From Candidatus Komeilibacteria bacterium (GTDB taxonomy: Bacteria > Patescibacteriota > Patescibacteriia > UBA1558): a stretch of 64,000 nucleotides of DNA. The translations under genes and the position numbers were made by a program. The stretch is from positions 15,248 through 79,247 of the forward strand of contig JBLYPW010000003.1 of NCBI GenBank assembly GCA_048538275.1. The letters run 5' to 3'. The notes beneath the pieces were generated by a model. That model was not told where the DNA came from, did no database searches, and saw only the letters and a list, made by a program, of their open reading frames with translations. Positions 29,929 through 40,192 of the stretch are shown here, in pieces. Numbering within the stretch: the stretch's first letter is position 1; every line of letters begins with the position of its first letter.

Positions 29929-32900
29929 TGTTTAATCCCCAACAAAAATTAATCTCTAGTATTGTATTGGTGGTGATGTTGTTTTTTGTTATCAGTGGTG
30001 CTGTGGTGACTCCACAGCCGGCTCATGCTTCTACGTTTGGTGTCATTGCCGTCAATACCGCCAAGTGGGTGTGGGAGAAAGTGGGTGATATTTATACTGC
30101 CTTAAAGTCGCGTTTAAGCACGACATTAATTACTAATTCGGTTGATTTATTTGCGCAGCGCATGGCGGTAAATATGGCTAAAACACTAGCTACTGGGGGA
30201 AGAGGTCAGCAGCCGATGTTTAGTACCAAGGTTTTTAATGATGTTGTGAAGGATGCAGCTGGGGCAGCGGCTGGTGATTTTATTGGGCAATTGAGTAGTG
30301 CGTGGGGTGATTTAGGCATTAATTTATGTGAGCCCAGTCTGGATGTAAAGGCTACCATCACTATGTCATTGCTTAAATCGCAGAAAGCGCCAGAACCAAA
30401 ATGTGATCTTGCTAGTGTAGTACGTAACTGGGATAGTTTTATTAAAACAAATACTGACCCCAAGGCCTTGGCTGAAGGCTTACAGGTGCAGTTTCAAACG
30501 GGAAAAAGTGATTTTTCTGCGTCTTTTGCTTTGAATAATAAATTATTGAACCAGATAAAAAGTGATGAACTGGTAGCATTGTTTGATACAGAAAGCCAAG
30601 GATATAAAAGCAAAACCAATACTACGAATACCGAAATTCAAACTCCTAGCTCTTCGGTAGAAGACACAGCGGAAGCACCAGCTAGAGAGGCTAGCAATGC
30701 GCAGCTGGCTAAAACCTTTGCTGCTATTACCAGTCAGGATACTATCTTTGGCAGGGCTTTGAGTACATTTGGTAATACTTTTCTTTCCCAGTTATTAAAT
30801 CGTTGGATCTTAGATGGCATGAATAAACTGAATAATTGGAAAAATAGTCAGGTAGCCAGTACTGGCGGGGCGAATAGCATAAATTTTGATAATAATTCTG
30901 GGCCTGGTCCTGAAGCGGCTAGCGCCTACTATAGTAATTTAATATCAGTGAGTTTCAATAGCGTAGATGACTATACACCAACGTCTGATTTTACCATTTG
31001 TCCAACTACGGGTATTGTCCCATATAATAATTGTGTGATGAATCAAAAGTTTTATTCTGCGTTCAATCGTACTCAGCCCATGACAGTGCAACAAGCGATT
31101 GATGCTAAATTATTGAGCCCTGATTTGCCTTTGATTAGCCAGGATGATCCACGTAACAATGATGTTAATTATTGTTATAATAGTGCTTTGTGTTATTCTA
31201 ATTTGCAAAAAATGCGTTTGGCTCGTTTGATTCCCTTGGGCTGGGAAATTGCTGCTAGCATAAGCTCAGCTAACACTCCTGCGACCATGGGTGAGGTTTT
31301 GGCGGCATTTGATAACCCAGATAGCCCTTATCATAATTTGATTGATCCCAATTGGGTATTAAAAGAGCCACGAGCACAATGTTTGGCTATGGGTCCTGGA
31401 CCTCAATTACAGTCTATTGGCAGTGACCAACGTACGGAGATGTGTGTGGACAGTCAGACTTGTCTGCGTAGTGATGACAATGGTGAATGTTTGCCGGGAG
31501 CGTGGGGCTATTGTACACGCGAAGAAAATATTTGGCGCTTTGGTGGTCAGCAGTGTTCTCCGGCTTATGCTTCTTGTCGTAATTATAAGGCTGATGGGCA
31601 GACATACAGCTATATCAAAGATACTTTAGATTTTTGTACGGCTGATGAAGTGGGTTGTCAGTGGTATAGCGTAGCTCAAGAATTGGGTGCTGCTGCCACT
31701 GAGACTTTTAGCCCTCCCCAAGTAGATTTTAATAATGTTCCTTCCACTATTACATATGACCAGGCGTCGGCTGATCAGTTTTGTTTGCAGCGGGGCTATG
31801 ATTTTGCTCAAAGTTATGACCAAGAGGGAGCCGGCACAGGAGATATCATTTGGAATAGTGAGCAGAGTAGCTGGGAGTTGAATACCGCTGCTGCGCCACA
31901 TGCTATCATCTCAGATATAAGCTGTGTGAGGCAAGGGTATGATTGGCTGGCTGATGAAAACATTTATCTGAATGCTCAGGCTGGTGATTGCGACGCTACT
32001 GATGCCGGTTGTACTAAGTTGTTACCGATCCAATGGGGAGTTAATTTATTATATAATGGTGGTTTTGAAAAAGTAGGTTCTAATAATAACAGGCCAGACG
32101 GCTGGTATTGGTCTGACACTGATGTAAGTTTAACTGACAACAGATCAGAAGTTTTCGCTGGTGAACGAGCTGTCAGCACTATGAATAATTATAGTTATGT
32201 CTATACTGATGTGCCATTGATTGGTGGCCTACCTTATTATATTGCCATAGCCGCCAAAACCAATGATAGTAAAGCGATGGGTGTGACCATTAAGTTTTAT
32301 GATAGCAACGACGCTCTTATCATGCCTACTAATGATGATGATATTGATATAGGCGATAGTAGTGTGGTGAATTGGCGTGAGGGCTGTGGTGGTGGCGTCT
32401 GTCATTTTAGTGGCGACCTGACTATAACCAATCAATATGTTAAATATGACTTGCCTTTTATAGCACCGGAGGGAGCTGTCAAAATTATTATTGGTATGGG
32501 CACTGGTGGTGCCGGTTCTGGTGATGTTTACCTTGATAATGTCCAGCTCAGCCTTGGTAATTCAGCTATGAGTTATCGTGATTATAATAGTAATTCTTTT
32601 AATTATCTTAAAATAGCCCCGGATTATTTAGATTGTAGTAATAGTAGCAGCGTAGAATGTGCCAATTATGCCCCTAGCTGTACGGCTGAGGAAATGGGAT
32701 GCCAATTATATACTCCGGTAAATGGTGATCCGGCCGTGGCGGGCGTGGTAAATAGCGGTGATTATTGTAGTCAAAGTTGTGCCGGATTGGATCAATATTG
32801 GCAAAAACAAACCACTATTGAAAATATGTTTGGTGATGATCCGGCCGGTGCTTTTGTGAATTTTATACCCAGCAGCGCCCAACAATGTCAGGTGCAAGAT

Positions 32901-35900
32901 GTGGGCTGTGAAGAATTTACTAATTTAGATAGAAATGAAGCGTTAGAATATTATAGTGATCTGCGTATGTGTGTATCAGAAGCGGATGTAGATATAGCCA
33001 CTTATTATACTTGGGAGGGATCGGATACGGCCGGTTATCAGCTGAAGACTTGGCGTTTGTTGAAAAGTAATGATAATGATGGCCCTTGTACAAATATAGC
33101 TTTTGATGGAGAAAACAATATTTGCGTTGATAGTGAAGTGAGTGCGCCTGCTTGTGATACTAGTGCCGGTGATGATTGTCGTACTTTTATTGATGCCGAG
33201 CAAAATAGTTTTGTAGTGAACCAAGCGCAAGTTATCAAAGCTAGCGCCGATTGCACGCTTGTGCGGCGCACTGCAAACCCTCAGGATATTGCCGTCATTT
33301 TGCCTAGCGAATCAAATAGTTGTACAGTTGCTGCTGTTGGTTGCCATGCTTATCAAGGCAATAGCGCTGGTAATACGCGCATTATAAGTTATGATGATTT
33401 TGAAAGTGGTCAAGCCGGTTGGAGTGGCGGTGGTTTGACGACAGAGTCTTTAACAGCCGGTGGACATTCGCTTTGGAGCAATGGTGATATAAACAAATCT
33501 TTATTCATTAATGATAATCATAGTTTCACCCTTTCCTTTTATGCCAAGAGGCAAGAGATCGGTAATTCTAATTTGTCAGCTCAATTATTGGTCGGTGATC
33601 ATGTTTATGATTTGGGGAGCGTTGCTATTAATGATGAGTGGCAACAGTATGCCTTGGGTCCGATAGGTGTTCATGAAGCTAGTAGTGAGATTTTGGAAGC
33701 GACATTGCAATTTTCCATTGGTAGTACGACAGGCTATTTTTTGGATAATATAAATCTTAAGCAAATTAATTCTGATTTGTATTTATTAGCTGGTTCTTGG
33801 CAAACACCAGATATATGTTTGAACGGTAATAATGGTCCGGTGCTGGGCTGTCAGGAGTATAAGGACGTAGCTAATAATAGCCATCATCTCTATCAGTTTT
33901 CATCTTTATGCGGTGAGGATAAAGTAGGTTGCAGCGCCTTTATAAATACGCAGAATAGCACTAGTCCTTTAGCGCAGAGCTGGCCGATGGGAGCGGATGA
34001 TGAGATCATTACTGTGTCGGCTGATAAACTAGTTTATCTGGTGGATCGTCCTGAGTTTAGGTGTGATGCTGGGGTCCAAGGTTGTTCGGCTTTGGGTGAA
34101 CCGGTGATGCAAACAGATCCGGCCACTGGTAATCAGAGCGTGGCCAGCTGGTCTGATGTCTATAAATTGAATAATCCGGATAATTATGAAGGTTCTTTGT
34201 GTCGGGAAGATGCCTTATATTGTCGGGCCTATCAAAGTGATGAAGGCGTTGTCTATATCACTGATCCGGGCGACAAGACTTGCGCTTATCTGGAAAATTA
34301 TACTTACGATGGCACAACTTATGAGCCGGGCTGGTATTTGAGCAGTAGTTTATCCGGCGAGCCACAGGAGTGTGGCCCAGGCATTGAGCTACCAAAACGC
34401 CGTGACGACAACTACCAAGGTTATGCTGGTTTATGCATTCCAGAGGCCAATGGTTGTACCGAGTTTATTGATCCGGTAGGTACTACCGGCGATGATTTGA
34501 TCCGCAATGGTAATTTTGAGTTTAATAATAATACGCTTACTACCCCAGATTTTTGGAGCTATAATAAGAATTTGGCTGATAATATTCGTTGGGATGCGAG
34601 TGAGGGCTGGGATGATAGTTATGCTGCTAGTGCTCTTTATGCTGATAATACGTCTTATGTGCAGAATATTTCAGGATTATCTGGCGGTGTAGATTATGTG
34701 GTGCGCATAAAAGCCAAAGGAATTGCCAATGGTGATAGACTACGTCTTGGTTTGGAGTGTGAAGGAGCAAATATTAGCTCCCGAGACAATAGTTTTATTA
34801 TCAGTGGTAATGTGGGTGATAGGCAATTTATCATTAATAATACTAATGGCGATTTTGTAGATGTCTCGGCCAAGTTTAGAATCAACAATAATATAGATAA
34901 TAATAGTTGTGATATAAGTTTAGGATTTGCGGGCAATGATTTAGATGGTCGTTATTTTGATAATGTTAGTGTCAGGCGCTTGCAGTCTTATTATTATATA
35001 AACGATGACAAGCTTAATGGCGTTAGTTGTAGTGGGCAGGTTTCACAGGATAAGGGGTGTGTTTTGGTAGAAGATACGTCACAATTGTCATTGGATGATG
35101 GGCAGATAATCACTCAGTATGATAGTAGTAGCACGTATCATAATAGCACACAAAATAGTGGTAATTTGGTATTGCCAGTCAGTTGCCAAGATGGATCAGT
35201 CGGTTGTGATGCTAATCGTATTATTAGTGTTAGTCGTGATCGTCAATGCTCAGAGTGGCTAGCTTGTCAGTCTTCTACTGTTATCACTCAGCCTGATGGT
35301 AGCCAACAACAATTGTGCTATGATCTCGGTCGTTGTACTCAATTGTCGCCGGATGGTACGCAATGTTTACAGTGGGTGGATAGGCCGGTGACAGAGAAGC
35401 TGGATGTGGCTAAGTACCAGTCTCGCGAAGTAGGCTGGTCGGGGCAGGATTATAGTGGTTATTCTTTGTTGGATATACCGCCTTTGGAGACTTTGGTGTC
35501 TAGTGCCAATAATGATACTTTGACTTTGCATTTGCCGACTGGCACTGAAGGTATGTCATTTAATTCCATATCGCCCTCTTGTCGTCTTTATCCCAGCACC
35601 AATGCGCCGTTTTCCACAGAGAATATGACTGTCCGACGAGATGATAATGGTAATATTATAAGCAAACCGCAGACTTTTGCGCAGGCTAATCTTTGCGATG
35701 AAGGCGGCGCTGGTTGTGAGTGTAGCTATCGGGAGATAAGTTATAGTCAGGGAGAAACTAGGTATTATGGTTTGGACTATCAATATCCTGATGCTATTAC
35801 TCACACGGATGGCTCTCCAGACAGTACTATAACCAAGATAAATGAATATCGTGGCGCTTGGGGATTCTGTTTACAAAGAGATATGTCCCGTACTATTCAA

Positions 35901-38567
35901 GGTGTCGGCGGTCAAGAACATCCTTGTATTACTTGGTTGCCATTGAATATATTAAGCGGAGAATATGATCCTAATGCTGTTGATGTGCAAGCTTCATTAA
36001 ATTTGCCTATCGGTAATATGTATTATTGCGCTGCAGGTAGTAGTGACGAAGTAACTCTGCCATCTGGTGATTATAGCAGTCTTGTACAATTTGGAGATAT
36101 GTCCCAATTAGATAGCGGTGATCTGCCACAGGGTGGGTGGACGGCGTATCCGAGTAATGTTTCTAATCAGCAAGGGTCGTCTTGCATTAGTTATCCTGCT
36201 GCCAATCAGGGAACTAGTTGGATGGAACTTTATGCCCCATCAGGTTCGTGTTATATAGAGAACAATAATTTGGGTGATGTTACGCTAGGTCCTGATAATC
36301 AATATCATTATCGTTTGACTTTTGAGTTGGGTGATATATATGGCACTATTAGTGATCAAATACCTTATTTCGCGGTTGAATTATCGTGTAATCAGACAGA
36401 CTATCTTGCTACTATTCCTGACGGTGGAAATGATGATGTTTTATTGGATATTAATTCTCCGGTTCCTTGTGATTCTGTTGTTGTGGGCGTTGTTGGTAGT
36501 GGCGAGGAAAGATTAATGCAGATCAGAAATTTAGTAGTATCTACACCTGATTATATTACGCAACAACAAACCATGTGTACCGATATAGTGCAAGTTGAAT
36601 ACCCCAAATTCAATCAATTAATTAATCCGCCTGTTACTTTGGCAGCTTGGCCCAATCAGTATAAAGATTGGTATGGACGAATGTCCGTCTCTGCTGATAC
36701 TGTTTTGAATAATTATAATACCCCAATTAATGTAGAGTCGGTGGGGCAGTTTTCTGGCGTGGATGTAATTAATAGTGCTGGGACACCTTATAGTAATATT
36801 TCTGGTAGTGAGGATATACCCTATTCTCAATGTGTGGGCGTTGCAGCTGCTGCGGGCGCCACTTGTGCCGGCGGTGAGAGAGAGGGTCAGTCATGCAGTA
36901 GCGACATGCAGTGCCCCGTGAATCACAATGATACTTGTGAAGGTTATATAGAGTCTCAAATTGATCAGAGCAGTTGTGATTATGAGGCTGGCCAATATAC
37001 TCATTGCGATACTATTCCTGAAGTTATGGGCACCTGTGTTAATTCTGGTGCTAGTTGTCGTGTTGATAATGATTGCGCTCCTTATAATACTTACGCTATT
37101 TGCCAATCAAGTAACGCTACATACGATTGTCACACAGACGAGGGTAAAGATAATTGTTATGCAGCCGGTGGTCGTTGCTTGGGTCTTGATACAGCTACTC
37201 CACTGACCGTATATAATCAGATTAATGATGTTGATAATACTGGATTTGCCAATGTTTTTAGTGTTATTAAGGAATTATTTGCAAAAATAGTAGCTCGTTT
37301 CAGTTGGTCAAATGGTAGTTATCAATCAAATAGTAGTGAAGTAGGCGGATCAATCAGTGATGCCGAAGTGGTCACAATCAGGCCAGTTATCACCCTTGCT
37401 GGCGAGGAGACAGCCGGATCTAGCAAGGGCATCACTATCAATAGCAAGACAAGCGGTGATATTTCTTTTGCTAAGGATAGTGCCAATGTTACCATGAAGT
37501 TTTATGCTTATAATGTAAGCGGTGATCAGATACCGTTGAATAATTTAGTAGTGGACTGGGGTGATGGTAGTATCTTTGGTGGTTCAGGTAGCGGGAATTC
37601 TATTGTACCAGGTGACGTGTCATTGAAAAATCATCAATCCATGTGTATTAATAATTGTTCTACCGGCATACTGGACGATGCTTTTGGTGCCCCGGCGTTT
37701 TCTGCTACTGCTAATAATTTTAATTTTTATGCTTATCCCAATACCCAGCACGATTGGCATTCAGGCTATGCTTATATGACGCAAAAAACAGGATATGATG
37801 CATCTAATAATTCAACTCGTAATTGGATGACATTGCGTTTGCCAGCGAATAAGATGAGTGCTATCCCTCGTTTTGCCGCCGGAGATGTGTTGACTTTGGA
37901 GTATGATTATCAAATTAGTCCTGGCTTCTTAAAGAATGGAATAGCAAATCATATTTGTTATGGTATCGGTTATTGTAGTCAAGGCAAGCAGTATCCCTTT
38001 TTGAGCTTTGCCACGCTTGACAGTATGGATGATTTTGATAGCCATGTTAATACTTGGGGACATTATAGCAGCACAGCCGTAGTGACCCCTGATATGGTTA
38101 GCGCTTGCGTGGATAATAATAATCCCTCCGGTTATTGTTTGCGAGAACTGGCGGTAGCGAATTTGCGTGATCAGGCATTGGCCTCCCCACAAACTATTAG
38201 AATTAAAAATGTTCATTTGTTGTGGGGTTGTCGTAATAATAATAGCTGTACGGCCAGCAAATTTGGCAATCTGGGTCAGTGCCAAGCCATAGATATCGGC
38301 GATGACTTGCGTTTTTGCGTGGATGACTATCAAAATAGCATTGGTTATTTTAGCTTTAATCATACTTATACTTGTGCTGATCCGAATCCACCTGGTGATA
38401 TTGATGGTAGTAGTAATTCTTGTATCTATAAGCCTAAAGTTTATATAGAAGATAATTGGGGCTATTGCACGGAGGGGAGTAGTAATGTTTGTAAAGATAA
38501 TTATTCTAATTCGATACAATCTACTGGTTGGTTTGAATATCCAGGCAGTATAAGATTAACACCATAG
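29928..38567 (+). CDS. Giant (2879 aa) secreted Cys-rich surface protein with CBM4/9-like jelly-roll modules
   Basis: Signal peptide ending AHA; many C-x5-GC motifs; NLLYNGGFE, DDFESG, DLIRNGNFE module starts; VDWGDG PKD-like near C-terminus. Confidence 0.75.
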   Translation: MFNPQQKLISSIVLVVMLFFVISGAVVTPQPAHASTFGVIAVNTAKWVWEKVGDIYTALKSRLSTTLITNSVDLFAQRMAVNMAKTLATGGRGQQPMFSTKVFNDVVKDAAGAAAGDFIGQLSSAWGDLGINLCEPSLDVKATITMSLLKSQKAPEPKCDLASVVRNWDSFIKTNTDPKALAEGLQVQFQTGKSDFSASFALNNKLLNQIKSDELVALFDTESQGYKSKTNTTNTEIQTPSSSVEDTAEAPAREASNAQLAKTFAAITSQDTIFGRALSTFGNTFLSQLLNRWILDGMNKLNNWKNSQVASTGGANSINFDNNSGPGPEAASAYYSNLISVSFNSVDDYTPTSDFTICPTTGIVPYNNCVMNQKFYSAFNRTQPMTVQQAIDAKLLSPDLPLISQDDPRNNDVNYCYNSALCYSNLQKMRLARLIPLGWEIAASISSANTPATMGEVLAAFDNPDSPYHNLIDPNWVLKEPRAQCLAMGPGPQLQSIGSDQRTEMCVDSQTCLRSDDNGECLPGAWGYCTREENIWRFGGQQCSPAYASCRNYKADGQTYSYIKDTLDFCTADEVGCQWYSVAQELGAAATETFSPPQVDFNNVPSTITYDQASADQFCLQRGYDFAQSYDQEGAGTGDIIWNSEQSSWELNTAAAPHAIISDISCVRQGYDWLADENIYLNAQAGDCDATDAGCTKLLPIQWGVNLLYNGGFEKVGSNNNRPDGWYWSDTDVSLTDNRSEVFAGERAVSTMNNYSYVYTDVPLIGGLPYYIAIAAKTNDSKAMGVTIKFYDSNDALIMPTNDDDIDIGDSSVVNWREGCGGGVCHFSGDLTITNQYVKYDLPFIAPEGAVKIIIGMGTGGAGSGDVYLDNVQLSLGNSAMSYRDYNSNSFNYLKIAPDYLDCSNSSSVECANYAPSCTAEEMGCQLYTPVNGDPAVAGVVNSGDYCSQSCAGLDQYWQKQTTIENMFGDDPAGAFVNFIPSSAQQCQVQDVGCEEFTNLDRNEALEYYSDLRMCVSEADVDIATYYTWEGSDTAGYQLKTWRLLKSNDNDGPCTNIAFDGENNICVDSEVSAPACDTSAGDDCRTFIDAEQNSFVVNQAQVIKASADCTLVRRTANPQDIAVILPSESNSCTVAAVGCHAYQGNSAGNTRIISYDDFESGQAGWSGGGLTTESLTAGGHSLWSNGDINKSLFINDNHSFTLSFYAKRQEIGNSNLSAQLLVGDHVYDLGSVAINDEWQQYALGPIGVHEASSEILEATLQFSIGSTTGYFLDNINLKQINSDLYLLAGSWQTPDICLNGNNGPVLGCQEYKDVANNSHHLYQFSSLCGEDKVGCSAFINTQNSTSPLAQSWPMGADDEIITVSADKLVYLVDRPEFRCDAGVQGCSALGEPVMQTDPATGNQSVASWSDVYKLNNPDNYEGSLCREDALYCRAYQSDEGVVYITDPGDKTCAYLENYTYDGTTYEPGWYLSSSLSGEPQECGPGIELPKRRDDNYQGYAGLCIPEANGCTEFIDPVGTTGDDLIRNGNFEFNNNTLTTPDFWSYNKNLADNIRWDASEGWDDSYAASALYADNTSYVQNISGLSGGVDYVVRIKAKGIANGDRLRLGLECEGANISSRDNSFIISGNVGDRQFIINNTNGDFVDVSAKFRINNNIDNNSCDISLGFAGNDLDGRYFDNVSVRRLQSYYYINDDKLNGVSCSGQVSQDKGCVLVEDTSQLSLDDGQIITQYDSSSTYHNSTQNSGNLVLPVSCQDGSVGCDANRIISVSRDRQCSEWLACQSSTVITQPDGSQQQLCYDLGRCTQLSPDGTQCLQWVDRPVTEKLDVAKYQSREVGWSGQDYSGYSLLDIPPLETLVSSANNDTLTLHLPTGTEGMSFNSISPSCRLYPSTNAPFSTENMTVRRDDNGNIISKPQTFAQANLCDEGGAGCECSYREISYSQGETRYYGLDYQYPDAITHTDGSPDSTITKINEYRGAWGFCLQRDMSRTIQGVGGQEHPCITWLPLNILSGEYDPNAVDVQASLNLPIGNMYYCAAGSSDEVTLPSGDYSSLVQFGDMSQLDSGDLPQGGWTAYPSNVSNQQGSSCISYPAANQGTSWMELYAPSGSCYIENNNLGDVTLGPDNQYHYRLTFELGDIYGTISDQIPYFAVELSCNQTDYLATIPDGGNDDVLLDINSPVPCDSVVVGVVGSGEERLMQIRNLVVSTPDYITQQQTMCTDIVQVEYPKFNQLINPPVTLAAWPNQYKDWYGRMSVSADTVLNNYNTPINVESVGQFSGVDVINSAGTPYSNISGSEDIPYSQCVGVAAAAGATCAGGEREGQSCSSDMQCPVNHNDTCEGYIESQIDQSSCDYEAGQYTHCDTIPEVMGTCVNSGASCRVDNDCAPYNTYAICQSSNATYDCHTDEGKDNCYAAGGRCLGLDTATPLTVYNQINDVDNTGFANVFSVIKELFAKIVARFSWSNGSYQSNSSEVGGSISDAEVVTIRPVITLAGEETAGSSKGITINSKTSGDISFAKDSANVTMKFYAYNVSGDQIPLNNLVVDWGDGSIFGGSGSGNSIVPGDVSLKNHQSMCINNCSTGILDDAFGAPAFSATANNFNFYAYPNTQHDWHSGYAYMTQKTGYDASNNSTRNWMTLRLPANKMSAIPRFAAGDVLTLEYDYQISPGFLKNGIANHICYGIGYCSQGKQYPFLSFATLDSMDDFDSHVNTWGHYSSTAVVTPDMVSACVDNNNPSGYCLRELAVANLRDQALASPQTIRIKNVHLLWGCRNNNSCTASKFGNLGQCQAIDIGDDLRFCVDDYQNSIGYFSFNHTYTCADPNPPGDIDGSSNSCIYKPKVYIEDNWGYCTEGSSNVCKDNYSNSIQSTGWFEYPGSIRLTP

Positions 38568-38587
38568 GAGTTTGTTATAGTAAAAAT

Positions 38588-38618
38588 AAAACCGGTCTAG
38601 TTTGCTACTAGACCGGTT
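38588..38618. terminator. Terminator between convergent genes
   Basis: AACCGGTCTAGT...ACTAGACCGGTT. Confidence 0.7.
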
Positions 38619-38638
38619 ATGCCTTTCATTTCAACAAA

Positions 38639-39889
38639 TCATTTCAACAAAATCATCTTATATGTTTTGTTGAAGTTACCGGCCCGCAACTGGTAGAAAT
38701 AGATTCCCGTTCCAACTTGCTGTCCGGCATTATTAAGACCATCCCAAACCACGGCCTGATACCCTGCTGCTTTTTCATCGTTCACCAAAATTCGGATTGG
38801 TTGACCAAGCTGATTGAAGATGGTCAGGCTTACCAAGGCTGGTTCGGGCAGTTCATATGATATGACCGTACTGGCGTTGAACGGATTGGGATAGTTTTGC
38901 TCTAGCGAGTATTGCTGTGGCATTGACAATGAATTGGTTGGAATAATAGCGGTCACCAGGTCAGTACTCACAATGTCTCCTTGATAATTGACCATCCAAA
39001 GGATCCCGTTCTGATCCTTCATAATATCATTGAATAGCACACTTATACCGGTAGGGTAGCTTTGCCACGAGTTGCCATTATCAATAGAGTGATGCATATC
39101 GTGTCCAGCGGTCACGATTTCTGTCGGGCCTGCCATGAACAAGGTCATGGTGTAGTCATTTGGGTTGGGATTACTGATTTCATCCCATGTTTGGCCATTA
39201 TCATTGCTTTGCAATAATAAACCTCCCAAAGCTGCAAAAACAGTGCCGTTGTTGTGATCCATATCATATACACGGCCCTCTGAGACGTGATCGCTAACAA
39301 TGGTCCAGCTTTCACCATAATCAATTGATCTGAGCATGACATACGGATCGCCACCGGCTAAGAGTACGCCATTACCCAAATAATCAACACAGTATAAGTA
39401 ACTCTCAGTCACGCCGGCGCCGACTTGGGTCCATGATTCCCAACCGTCTGATGTTTTGATAATAAATCCATCGTCACCTACTGCAATCGCATCATTGTCT
39501 GACCAAAATACCAGGTCGTGAACCGGATGTCCGTCAAGGCGTTTCCATTCCCAGTTTAAACCAGCGTCAACACTTTTGATTATAACGCCATGGCCTAAAG
39601 AGGCCCACCCGCTAATATAAAAAATACTGTCATCAATTGCAACCATTTTTTTTAAGTGCCAACCTAGATTTTGTTGCAACACAAAATGATCAGACTCCGG
39701 CGTTTTCAGAAGCCAGGTGCCGTTGGCACCGACCATATTGATATTGCCATTCGGTTGAATGGCAATGCTGGACAGGCTGTAACCTACCGGACTTTCCCAG
39801 TAGGTAAACTGTACGTCTTGAGCTTCCTGACCAAGCAGGTTACCGTTACTCAAAATAACCAAAATCATTAAAGACATCATCTTTTTCAT
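38639..39889 (-). CDS. Secreted YCF48/BNR-repeat propeller with FlgD-Ig/T9SS-CTD-like tail
   Basis: Signal peptide; S.D.G..W Asp-boxes; YSLEQNYPNPFN...VVWDG...GIYFYQL..KMILLK; SD AAAGGAGG. Confidence 0.85.
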   Translation of the reverse strand: MKKMMSLMILVILSNGNLLGQEAQDVQFTYWESPVGYSLSSIAIQPNGNINMVGANGTWLLKTPESDHFVLQQNLGWHLKKMVAIDDSIFYISGWASLGHGVIIKSVDAGLNWEWKRLDGHPVHDLVFWSDNDAIAVGDDGFIIKTSDGWESWTQVGAGVTESYLYCVDYLGNGVLLAGGDPYVMLRSIDYGESWTIVSDHVSEGRVYDMDHNNGTVFAALGGLLLQSNDNGQTWDEISNPNPNDYTMTLFMAGPTEIVTAGHDMHHSIDNGNSWQSYPTGISVLFNDIMKDQNGILWMVNYQGDIVSTDLVTAIIPTNSLSMPQQYSLEQNYPNPFNASTVISYELPEPALVSLTIFNQLGQPIRILVNDEKAAGYQAVVWDGLNNAGQQVGTGIYFYQLRAGNFNKTYKMILLK

Positions 39890-39984
39890 GATGAGCCCTC
39901 CTTTTTCTTTAATTTATTGTTTTGTTAGTTTTCAAGGTTCTTTATCTCCTGAAAAAGGGGATAAATTATCACTTTTATGATAAC

Positions 39985-40018
39985 ATATTATCATACATTA
40001 TTTTAGTAGATTTGTCAA
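39985..40018 (-). promoter_or_regulatory. Promoter copy A (identical to 41504-41537)
   Basis: TTGACA-AATCTACTAAAATAATG-TATGAT-AATAT. Confidence 0.8.
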
Positions 40019-40145
40019 GCTAAGTAGGGCTGGCTCATTTTTTTTAATATTTCTTCCCTTATTTGATTTTTCTAGCTATAGTACCAGATTGATTAGGGTC
40101 AATCCAGCCTAGCTAGTTCAATCGTGCTTTGTACAGGTGGCAAAT

Positions 40146-40175
40146 AAAAAAGCCGATCTTTGTTAAGACCGGCTT
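40146..40175 (-). terminator. Terminator after 40193..41443
   Basis: AAGCCGATCTT...AAGACCGGCTT stem plus A-run. Confidence 0.65.
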
Positions 40176-40192
40176 GGTTTATTTTTTGATTA

